64,000 nucleotides of DNA from Squalus acanthias (lineage: Eukaryota), in contig CM059438.1 in assembly GCA_030390025.1 (NCBI GenBank), positions 66,280,001 through 66,344,000 on the forward strand, read 5' to 3'. The position numbers and the translations under genes were made by a program. Shown one piece after another: positions 49,735 through 60,858 of the stretch. Numbering within the stretch: position 1 is the stretch's first letter; each line of letters opens with the position of its first letter. A model generated the notes under the pieces. It worked only from the letters and a program-made list of their open reading frames with translations, ran no database searches and was not told the DNA's origin.

Positions 49735-49862
49735 GATGCGGAGATGCCGGTGTTGGACTGGGGTGGACAAAAATGAGAAGTCGCACAACACCAGGTTATA
49801 GTCCAACAGTTTTATTTGAAATTACGAGCTTTCGGAGCTCTGCTCCTTCGTCAGGTGAAGTG
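49735..49862 (-). mobile_element. Second Penelope-like terminal remnant
   Basis: Minus strand: hammerhead motif followed by AATAAA and gttggactataacctggtgttgt. Confidence 0.55.
49822..49858 (-). ncRNA. Minimal type I hammerhead ribozyme motif
   Basis: UCAC-CUGACGA-A-GGAGC-aga-GCUCC-GAAA-GCUC|GUAA; AGCU palindromic stem III; stem I has 3 of 4 pairs. Confidence 0.65.
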
Positions 49863-50567
49863 AGGGAATATAAATCGATTGCACAGTATATATAGACAGA
49901 GAACAATGTGTCTGCAGAGATACAATCCGTCAGGGAGGCATTACATCAAAGACACAGCAGAGTACAGCTAAGACAATGAGGTGGGTCACAGGGGGTCCAA
50001 CATGTCAAATGCTGCAGTCTGCAGTTAAGCTTTTAACTTTTTTTTAAAAAACTGGGAAACCAGACAACGATGTCGAGTCACGTTCTGTAGCGGTAGATAC
50101 CAGTTACAATAGTGCTGCCTAACATTGCAAACACTGATGGGAATTTGCAGCCATCGCGATCAGGTATCGACAAATGCGAATTATTGTGTGTTTTATTTTG
50201 ATTCTCTAGATTTAGTCGGTGCCAGAAGAACCCCACATGTAGATGCAATGCCAGGTTGTTGGCTGAAAGTAGTAAAATGCAACAAAATCTTGTTTCTGCC
50301 GATGAAGTGACAGGACCTTCCTCCAAGGTGCCATTCTGCAAGAATCCAGCTCCATTGCATTTGTTGTCTCACAGAAAAGGATACATCAAAAGATAGACAG
50401 CATTTCTGACATCTGGCTGTCTGTAATTAGGGTTACCGAGGCAATGGCCTGGAAGTTTTTATTAACTTGCTGATTTCTGGACGCCTGTAATTTGCGTTAC
50501 CTGGGCAACAGCTTAAGGATTTTGTCCTCACTCATTGCAGTTTTAGGAAACTGGCCTTTTGCTGTTA

Positions 50568-50827
50568 CAGGGATCCCTCGCCAACCGCGGGTCTGCCATA
50601 CGCGAATTTCACGTATACACGGTTTCCACTCTGTGGCAATTTTTGTCAACCGTGGCAGTGAAATTCGCGTGTCCGCGGTTTTTAATTTAGGAACAAGGTA
50701 AAAAAAACATGATTTTTATGCTTTTTATATTTTTTTTATTGTGTTTATAGTGAATTTGCCAACCGCGGTTTTACTAACCACGGGGGTTTTCAGGGACGTA
50801 TCCCCCGCGTTTGGGGAGGGATTCCTG
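50568..50827. mobile_element. Tc1/mariner-pogo (Tigger-like) MITE
   Basis: 23-bp imperfect TIR CAGGGATCCCTCGCCAACCGCGG / CCGCGTTTGGGGAGGGATTCCTG, TA on both sides. Confidence 0.8.
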
Positions 50828-52212
50828 TATTTAGCTAGCTTAAATCATTAGCTTTTAATGCTTCTGAAGGTATAGCTTTCAGGAGGACTGAAATGCTGAG
50901 TTTTACTTCTGTTCTTTTTGCCTTCTGACATCTTATATATTTTAATTATTCTAGAAAATGGTGACGCATCGCCCTTTTTTGATCTTTCTCGTGATCAGTA
51001 ATCTCCATCAAGAAACCTTTGGCAATTGAGGGCATATTTGAGTCCTTTCAGATATGGTAGAAACAGGAGGAACACACAAGAGCAGGTAGGTCGTGAAGGA
51101 GATACTTTGTGGTGCTGACTGTGTAAATTCATCTCCTCCAATACAGTCACTCACATTAGACATTGCTGTGAATTACTGCTGGATTTTAAATCCGGAATCA
51201 TTAACTGCTGATGTTTCAGGTTGCCTGCAGCACGTATTCCATTACAATCATGATTTTAATTCTTGTAGAAGTTTAAATTGGGCTCCAGAAAGCACTCCGT
51301 TTCCCCATTACGTTTCCCTATGGGCTGCTGTGCATCCACTCTTAAGTGGAATGAATACAGAGGCACTTATGAATCAAAATATATTAGGGAAGAATTTGTT
51401 TATGGCTGTAGTTTGTTGGTGAGGTCAGGGAACAAAGCTTCCTTAAAGCTGTAGTTCGTGGATGGCAGGCAATGTTCACCGCACTAACTATAGAGACAGT
51501 AAGGTATCTAACTGTGTGAGAGCTGTAAAGGTATTCGGGCAACACAACACAATGTTAGCAATGCGCCAGCTACTTACTATATTAAACGAGTTTAAACAGG
51601 TCACCATCATTCTTGGCTGATTGGCGATGTAATGACGATCTTACGAATACACCTGAGTAATGGGGATCCTCGCCCACTGGCCATGCCTACCGGGAAATGG
51701 TGGGCATGTAGCCCATGATATTCCATCCATTCCATTGGCTTGGCTGGTGGAGGAGGCCCCTCTCTTTCCCCATTATGTAGCGTGCATTTGTAAAATTGGC
51801 TCTACAGTTTTCTGGCCAATGAGAAGGAGGAACAATTATGCGTTGGTGTCCATGATGAGGCCTATATAGCTCAGGTGGTAGAACCTTTGATCTTGTCCCT
51901 GTTTAGACAGAGGTTTAGGGTGCAGGAAAGGAGCGGGGGAATCAGGCTTAGAGTAGGCAGTTCTGATGTTGACCTACTGCAACTAACTACAAGCATGATG
52001 GGTAAGTGGCCTCTTCCTATTATTCTACGATGCTGATATTCACTAATGACGCTGGTTCTCCCTCATGCGTCTTCATGCACAACAGTGCTGATGTGGAAGG
52101 ATACGATGGCAGCAGTGATGATCTTGCTGTTCCTGGCTCCACAAAAACTACTGAGATCCTGACAGCAGGGTTAGAGTTTCACTAAAAAGAAAAAGAAAAG
52201 AACCAAATTCTA

Positions 52213-52543
52213 GGAGGATGTTTCCCCTGGCTGGGGAGTCTAGAACTAGAGGTCACAGTCTCAGAATAAGGGATCGGCCATTTAGGACTGAGATGAGGAG
52301 AAATGTCATCACTGAGGGTTGTGAATCTTTGGAATTCTCTACCCCAGAGAGCTGTAGCTGCTCAGTCGTTGAGTATATTCAAGACAGTGATTGATAGATT
52401 TTTGGATACTAATGGAATCAAGGGATATGGGGATAGTGAGGAAAGGTGGATTTGAGGTAGATCAGCCATGATCTTATTGAATGGTGGAGCAGGCTCGAAG
52501 GGCCGAATGGCCTTCACCTGCTCCCATTTTTTATGTTCTTATG
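52213..52543 (+). mobile_element. CR1 3' end
   Basis: gagtctagaactagaggtcacagtc..gatcagccatgatc..ttatgttcttatg. Confidence 0.85.
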
Positions 52544-53696
52544 AATACACATTAGCCCAGTCAGAATCGGTAAAGAGAAAAGACAGATTAACATTTCGGG
52601 TGTAGAGTCTTCAGTTCTGACAAAGGGGTACACGCCAGAAATGTTAAACCATCTGTTTTCTTTACTTAGAAACTTCTGTTAGACAAGCACATTTTAGTGA
52701 GATCCATTGGGTTAAGGTGGAGGGCTATCTCAGATCCTCTGCATTTTAGCAATAGCAATGGCTTTTAAAGATGAGTTCCTTCAAGACGATGTACAGTCCC
52801 TTGATGGAAATGCAGGTTTAGAAATAGCTCATGACTACAACCTTTCCAAGTTAAAGTTCTCAGGCGGAAGAGTCGATTCTTTGCTAATGTTAAAATTGAA
52901 CTGCCATTTGGACACTGGTAGGTAGGCCTCAGGGCAGGTATGTAAGAACATAAGCAAGGAGTTCCACTTGACCTGGGAAGAGAGCGATGTGGAACTAGGG
53001 CTCAGTTTCCCCATGATCCACATTGCTCCAAGCAGCTAGCCATCTGAAGCCAGCACTTGTAGCCTCACTTGGCTTTTATACCTACATGATAGCATGTCAG
53101 AGTCCTGGTGGGGTAGCTGACAGGAAGATAATGCTTTGCACTGATATAATTCACTGTGTTTTACTGTGAAAACCACATAATGACTGCAATTTCAGCACTG
53201 TAACGTTTTGTGGCATGCGTTACATGGACCTCAACCCAATATTTCACCACAATAACCCTTGGCGACACATTTGCAGATGGCTAACAGCTACTGACATCAC
53301 CAAGAAAATCATTGATATTGAACCAGTTACTGGCCGCAAGACATTTTACAACTTATGCGTATTGATTGCACATTGACAATTTAAATTATTCAGGATTAGA
53401 AGCAAAATACAGGGGATCAACGCCTTTTAACCCAGACATTTCTATTTTTGTAAGGAGCAAATGTTCATTATTGGAAAAAGAGTAGTTCATGTTTTTAATC
53501 GACGTGGCACTTGCTTGGACCTGCAAGGGGATAGTATTGTATTCAACAATGGCAAGCGCTTTGGTAAGAAGACAACATTTTTAAAAAATGGACTAAACTA
53601 GCTGAAGGATGATCATGCAGCAAACCACCAATTTTGAGAGATGGCAATATAATCAATAGCGGAGTATAAGGGTACGACACATGAAGCAGTTCAAGC

Positions 53697-54013
53697 AAAA
53701 AAAGACTTACATTTAAACAGCACCTCATCCGCAAGACAGCACTCTGACAGTGTAGCACTCCCTCAGCACTGCACTGGAGTGACAGCCGAGATTTTGTGCT
53801 CCCTGTTTCTGGAGTGGGACTTGAACCAATGTTCCCCCTAAGGTGCAGGGATGCGCACCAATCGCAAGGTCCCGCCCAGGCCGCTCACCAGCGTGCCGCT
53901 GGAAGAGATACTTGAAGGGCCCGCGCAGGAAAAAACATTAGAGGGAACATTGACTTGAACCCAGAACCTTCGAACTCAGAGGCAGGAATGCTACTCACTG
54001 AGCCCCTGCTGAC
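53697..54013 (-). mobile_element. DeuSINE head region interrupted by a hAT-type MITE
   Basis: cactccctcagcactgcactggagt..gggacttgaac|ccagaacc..ctcactgagc. Confidence 0.7.
53827..53952. mobile_element. 126-bp hAT-type MITE
   Basis: TIR CAATGTTCCC.CTAA / TTAG.GGGAACATTG, 8-bp TSD ACTTGAAC at 53819-53826 and 53953-53960. Confidence 0.85.
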
Positions 54014-54534
54014 GCCTCTCCAAATGCTGATGAAGGAAACAGGCTTGAAATGTCACGACCAGTAAATCAAATGCTGTCTGGCCTGATGTGTATTTCCAGC
54101 CTATTTGTTTTTATTTAAGATTTCCTATATTTACGGTTTTTCCTTTTTCATTTTAACCTGAGTTTGCAGTCAGGAATATAAGTGAAATATTGTTGGACTG
54201 AGGAGAATGGGCGACTAACAGTCACAGAAGGAAGATGAGTCACTGTTTTGATTGAAAGCCTATTGTGCATTGAGAGCAGAGACTCCAACTGATGAATCAC
54301 GTTTAACAGCAAAATGGATGAGTGGTGGGAAGAAGTGGAGAAGGTGAAGTTTAGAAATAGTGTTTAAGGATTGGGACTTGAGGAAACAAATGAAAGAAAG
54401 GAAGAGGACAGAAAGCAATTGATTAATTGCATTTATATAGCGCCTTTCATATTCTCAGGACATCTCAAAGCGCTTCGCAGCTAATTATTGTTGAAGTATT
54501 GTCACTATTGTTGTGCCTTCTCTCTCTTCTCTCT

Positions 54535-55556
54535 TAGGCTGGGAATGTTGGCCTGAGTGAGCACATTGACGTTGGTGCGCCTATCCTGCCAATAGATTCG
54601 CAGGATCTTGCGGAGGCAGTGTTGGCGGTACCTCTCCAGTGCTTTGAGGTGCTTGCTGTACACGGTCCATGTCTCTGAAGCATACAGGAGGGCGGGTATC
54701 ACTGCTGCTCTGTAGACCATGAGCTTGGTGCTAGGTTTGAGGTCTTGGTCTTCAAACACTCTCTTCCTCAGGCGACTGAAGGCTGCACTGGCACACTGTG
54801 GCTGAACAGCTCCTCCCAGAGTCGCAATGCGGATTCCACCCACTAAGGGGCACAATGGACATGATCTTCACCACGGGTCAACTACAACAGAAATGCAGGG
54901 AACAGCACCAACCGCTGTACATGGCCTTCTTTGACCTCACAAAGGCCTTCGACACCATCAACCGTGAGGGATTATGGAGTGTCCTCCTCAAATTTGGCTG
55001 CCCTCAAAAGTTTGTCACCTTCCTCCGCCTGCTTCACGACGACATGCAAGTCGTGATCCTGACCAACGGATCCACCACAGACCCAATTCACGTACGGACC
55101 GGGGTCAAGCAAGGCTGTGTCATCGCACCAACACTCTTCTCGATCTTCCTGACTTAATGCTTCATCTCACCATCAGTAAGCTCTCCGCTGGAGTGGAGCT
55201 AATCTACAGAACAAACGGGAAACTGTTCAACCTCCGTCACCTCCAGCCCAGATCCAAGGTCGTCCCATCCTCTGTCATCGAATTACAGTATGCAGACGAC
55301 GCGTGCGTCTGCGCACACTCTGAGGCCGAACTCCAAACCATCGTCAACACCTTCACCGAAGCGTACGAGAGCATGGGCCTTACACTAAACATCCGTAAGA
55401 CAAAAGTCCTCTACCAACCTGCCCCCGCCACACAGTACTGCTCCCCGATTATCAAAATCCATGACAAGGCCTTGGACAACGTGGACCACTTTCCATACCT
55501 TGGGAGCCTACTGTCAACAAGGGCAGACGTCGATGATGAAGTCCAACACCACCTTC
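54535..55556. mobile_element. RTE-clade LINE fragment with internal inversion, within a DeuSINE
   Basis: Plus 54798-55556: PESQCGF, DLTKAFD, GVKQGCVIAP, LQYADD, FPYLGS; minus 54798-54535: QCASAAFSRLRKRVF..LLYASETW. Confidence 0.9.
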
Positions 55557-56619
55557 TTTTACATCCACCTAAACAGGAAGCCTCAGGGACTCGTTTTAAC
55601 ATCTCATCTGAAAAACGGTACCTCCAACAATGCAGCACTGCCTCAGTACTGCACTGACGTGTTAGATTAGATTATGTGCTCAAGTACTGGAGTGGACCTA
55701 CAAACTTCTTAATCGGAGGAAAAGGTACACTACTGAGCCAAACTGATACTGAAATTAAGGGTAGATTTGAAAACATGCACGAGGTACAGAGACAGGCGTC
55801 GGAGATGCAAGATTTACTGAGTGAATCATTGGCATTGTCTCAGTTGACCACTTTGCATTAACCTCACAGACAACTCTGAGGATTTAGTCTGACCTCCAAA
55901 TGCTCTGGACGGATACAAATTAGAATGAGTGTTCTTGATACTGACGACAGTTTGGTCACAGGTAATCCCACAATAAAGGGAGAAATATTAATGATAAATT
56001 ATAAAGAGTGGTTAGAATGTGGAACTCGCTACCACAGGGAGTAGTTCAGGCGACTAGCATAGATGCATTTAAGGGAAGCCAGCTAAACACATGAGAGAGA
56101 AAGGAATAAAAGAATATGTTGATGGGTTAGATGAAGAAGGGTGGGAGGAGGCTCGTGTGGAGCATGAACACCGGCATAGACCAGTTGGGCTATAAAACTA
56201 TGTAATACTATGTAAATGCTTCAGTAGAATATTTCAGATATCAAAAAGAGGTGTTTGAAGCAGCACAGCTAAAGGTCTTCAAATTTAGACACTGAAATTT
56301 ATATTTTTCCAACTTTTTATTCAAAGGATTTTTTGATCAGTGTAAATACAAAAGTTGAAAGTAAGGAAAATCAAACACAGAACTGGGGCAGAGAAAAGGA
56401 AGTCACAAGATAGGTTCTTCAAACCATTTGATCTCATCCTTCTGGAATATCAATCAGCTGCCTTCTTATTATGGCATTTAATTTTCTTAAATGAGTCCAG
56501 CGTCCTGTCTTAGCAATTCATTCAGATAGCCCACTCCACCTTCTGTTTAAAGGAATACTTTCTGACATCTGCCCATAACTTCTCCTTCACAACCCTGAAA
56601 TGCAATAGACACAAGCAAC

Positions 56620-57070
56620 TATGATACCTGGGCTCCAAGGAAAGATTACACAAACTAGGGTTGTATTCCCTGGAATTTAGAAGATTAATGGGTGATTCGA
56701 TCGAAGTTTTCAAAATATTAAGGGGAACTGATAGGGTAGATAGAGAGAAACTATTTCCGCTGGTTGGGGATTCTAGGACTAGGAGGCATAGTCTGAAAAT
56801 TAGAGCCAGACCTTTCAGGAGTGAAATTAGGAAACACTTCTACACACAAAGGGTGGTAGAAGTTTGGAACTCTCTTCCGCAAACGACAATTGATGCTGGG
56901 TTAATTGCTCATTTTAAATCTGAGCTTGATAGATTTCTGTTAACCAAAGGTATTAAGGGATATGGAGCAAAAGCGGGTATATGGAGTTAAGTCACAGATC
57001 AGCCATGATCTCATTGAATGGAGGAGCAGGCTCGAGGGGCTAAATAGCCTACTCCTGTTCCTATGTTCCT
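56620..57070 (+). mobile_element. CR1 3' end
   Basis: ORF 56661-56990: FYTQRVVEVWNSLP; ttcctatg tail. Confidence 0.88.
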
Positions 57071-57134
57071 ACTGGACCAAGTACACCAATGGCATAGTGA
57101 GAGAAATACACCACCTAGAATGGTATTGAACAAT

Positions 57135-57876
57135 GGCCCAAAAATTAGTGCCGCTACGCGAGAGTACGCACTGCGTACTCTCGCGTATTCTGTCTCCAAT
57201 TGCCGGTTTTCTGCATGCACTGCGCATGCGCTGAAAACCGGCACTTGGTGAATGGAAAAGGGGGCGGGTCCTAGGTGAACCGCGTGCGCACTACAGGCTG
57301 CGCGCACGCTGTGCACTTAGTGGTTTCAACGCGCAGGTAAGTACGGAAGATTCTACACATAAAAAAAGGAGGAGTAAGACCCACTTTTAACAAGGTAAGT
57401 AGTGAATTAAGTATTATTTTGAATTTTTTTTAACAGGTATATCTTTTTTAGAGACTTTAAAGACAGGTAAGTTTATTTTTATAACTTTTTAAAAGATTTT
57501 AAATTTTTTCAAAAATTTAATTTTTTATTTAAAATGGTTAATTTATTTAACTATACTTATTTTATTAATGTGATGGTTTTTTTTAAATTTAATTGAGGTT
57601 TAGCGGTTCTTTTGGGGGGCTATAGTATTCATAACTTTCACAGCACTTATGTGAAAGTTATGAATGGAAGATGGTGTGCTGCCATTGGCTCTAACTGAGT
57701 CACGTGATCCCACAGCTCGCACGAATTAACTACGCCGGTGGGATACGCAAGCCCAGCACAGCAGCTGTCCAGAACATCAAGTTCGTGCGAGCTGGAACTG
57801 AAAAAGCCAACGCGCAGTGAGAGATCGCGGGGAGGCCTTACCCTCGCACGAAGGCTTCCTCACGAATTTTTGGGCC
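57135..57876 (+). mobile_element. Harbinger-type MITE, family A (divergent subfamily)
   Basis: GGCCCAAAAATT...AATTTTTGGGCC, TSD AAT/AAT. Confidence 0.87.
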
Positions 57877-57888
57877 AATATAAATATT

Positions 57889-58639
57889 GGGGCAGAAATT
57901 CGGGTCTCCACGGGTGAGTACGCGCTGTGTACTCACCCGTAGGGCCACCGGAAGTGCCGGTTTCGCGCATGCGCTGGAAACCGGAACTTCCGGTCTCGTG
58001 AAAGAAGGGGTTCGAGGGTCAACCGCGTGCGCCGGAGAGGCAGCGCGCACGCAGCGAACTTCGTTTTTTTTACAGGTTTTGGAGTGAGGGTAAGTATGGA
58101 GAAGCTGCGCGGGAAAAAAGGAGGCGCAAGGCCTGCTTTTAACAAGGTAAGTGGTGAATTAAATACAATTTAAACATTTTTTCAACAGGTTTATCTTTTT
58201 TACATACTTTAAAGAAAGGTAAGTTTATTTTTAGCACCGTTAAAAAGTGTAATTAATTTTTTCAAAAATTTAAATTTTTGTTTGAAGTAGTTAATTTATG
58301 TAATTTATAGTTATTTTAAAAATGTGATTAAAAAAAATGTATTTGAAGTTTTAAGTGAGGTTTTGGGGTCGATCTCTATTCATAGATTTGACAGGTCTTC
58401 CTGTCAAAATCTATGAATGGAGATTCCCTGCTCCGATTGGCTCTCCATGGCCCACGTGATCCCAGGGGACACTTCGAACTAACTGCGCACCTGGGATACA
58501 CAAGCACTGCACGTCGGCAGCTGCAGGAGGCCCAGGAGCCGAAGTCCACGCGGACCCGAAGCACAACGGCAGGCGCAGTAGGTAAGTACGCACGCGATCC
58601 TTGCACCCGCGGGAAGCCGGAGAGCCGAATTTCTGGCCA
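57889..58639 (+). mobile_element. Harbinger-type MITE, family A
   Basis: GGGGCAGAAATTCGG...CCGAATTTCTGGCCA, TSD ATT/ATT. Confidence 0.87.
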
Positions 58640-60259
58640 ATTCTATCTATGGTCTGTGCTGAGTTCATTGATTTCCACCAATGCAGCAGTAAGATGGCTA
58701 CAAATGGGCACTACATTGCTGAGCTAAAGAAGGAAGAAATCAGGCATCTGTTATCGATAGCTATCGTTGGTCTTGAGCTGGAGAGAGCATCAGTTGCGGT
58801 CAAGTTTAGCATCGGCTATAGTCGAATAGTATGCCAGCACTTACTGTCAAGACTCATTTATCATGAGTGGCCATTCAGGTGAGGTTTTGCAGGGTTACTG
58901 TAGAAATGTGTCCAAGCATGAATCAACACTTCATTAGAGGAGGGGAGAAAATGTAAAAGTGGGTAATAAATTCAAAACAACACATATTCACACAGATATA
59001 AAATATAGAGTAGAGCACTGAACTCAAGCAAATTAAATTGGACCAGATCTGATTCCTCAGGAACTGAATATGAAACTCTTGGATGAGAGTTTGTGTGACC
59101 ATTGAAGTTACATCATGAATTGCCAACTCTGCATGAAAGGGAAGCAGTAATACCGTAATCTATCTCAAGCCAGTCTTGTCTTGAAAGTGAGTTGTAAGTT
59201 GAAGGTCCTGCGTTCCATTGTTTGTCCCATTGACCTATTGTTATTTCTATCTTTCAGAAAGTAATATTTTGGGATACAGTATATGAGCAATTTGAGACAT
59301 GACATGAGGTAAGTGTAGCATGCTTGGCAGGAACAGATGACTGTAGACTGATGCTTCCCAAAGTTCTCCACCACTGGGAGTTTCCCCGCTTCACGTCTTA
59401 CTGCATTGGAGACTAATTGATAGAGATTGATTGCTATGATTAGTCAACAACTCCATTATTGTTGTATTATATGACTACCAGGATAGAAGATGAACTAGAT
59501 GGACCTAGGCCTTTTTTCGTCCAGCAATTCCTATGTTCCTATGACATACCTGCTGCACTAAGAGGTCACATACACATCTAGCATGCTTAACCTAAACTGG
59601 AGGTTCTGACTGCCTCCACTCCTTTCCTCCTGTATTTCTTTCCAATGGCTTAATGGATACTCTCAATGATACCCTTTACAGAGAGGCAGATGTTCAGTTT
59701 TACAACATTATCAGATGGATTCTATGTGCACAGCACAATACATCACACCTATAGGAAGCTGTATTGCTCTGGTTAGGGATATTCAAACCAGCAAGGTGTT
59801 GTCAAAAAGCCAGTAAAGGGGAGCGGGGCTACAACAATTACACCTGCTGAAGTCAGGATGCTTCTCTGACGGGGCCATTTTTGAAGTGGTCTGGAGCCAG
59901 GTACACCATAGTGTATCACAGGGCAGGGAGTAACCCACTTTGGGATTGAGTTGAGTTTCATGAATGAGCCAAGTACACAATAAAAAGGAGCAAAAGCTGT
60001 TCAGAACCCAGTGATCGATTCGAACCTCTGTACAGTCAAGGCCAAGTAGAACTGGACCCTTGTATTTGTTTAGCTATCACATTTAACAAACTACCACACG
60101 CCATGTGAAGTCCCCCCCCCCCACCCTGCTACCATCCTATGCTAACAAGTTTTTTTGCTGGCTCTGCTTGAATTTTGGCACTTAGATCCAACTAATGTGG
60201 AGCGTAAAGGCTGGCATAGACCAGTTGGGCCAAGTGGCCTATTCCTGTGTAGACTCGAT

Positions 60260-60858
60260 GGGCTGGATTTTGATACGGGGGCGGGCTTGGGTTGTGTCAT
60301 CAGATTTTTGTGTTATCCACCCGACTGCAATTGGATGTGGGAGATTGATGCAATTTTCACCTAATTGGGCAATTGAGTTCCAGCATGTGGGAACCCATGA
60401 ACCAATTAGTGGTTTCAGTCTGAAAGTCGCCTCTGATGATGTCATCATTGCTGCTGCATTGAAGGTCGGAGACTGTCTGGCCTTTGCTGTGAGAGGACCT
60501 GAGGGAAAATGAGCAGCAGCAGCCCTAAGTCTGCTCCCAGATATGCCAGATATGCATGCCAGCCAGCCAGCCAACCAACCAAATAAATGTGCTCCCGCCA
60601 GGTTGCACAGGTGTGAAGCATGCCGAAAAAGAGTTAAAATCACAAAAGCCTTTCAAAATGGCATTATACAGGCAATTTAGTGCTTGTTAAGGGCCTTAAC
60701 AGCCTATCCTGCCTCTAAGAGGCAGGACGGAGTCGGGAGCAGCAGACACGATTTCATGAAAATTGCGTGGAGGCGGACTTGTGCCCACCCGCCAGATTTC
60801 GCAATTTTAACCCCCACGCCACCAAACCCACCTCCACAGGTCAATGAAAATCCAGCCC
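60260..60858. mobile_element. Harbinger-type MITE, family C
   Basis: Perfect TIR GGGCTGGATTTT/AAAATCCAGCCC, TSD GAT/GAT; reverse-related to 6452-7124. Confidence 0.88.

Noticed and set aside
58601..58882. ORF containing MATNGHY.. with a good start context and a downstream CAG|GTGAG
   Set aside because: Overlaps a MITE end and an LF-SINE-like sequence; no recognisable protein similarity
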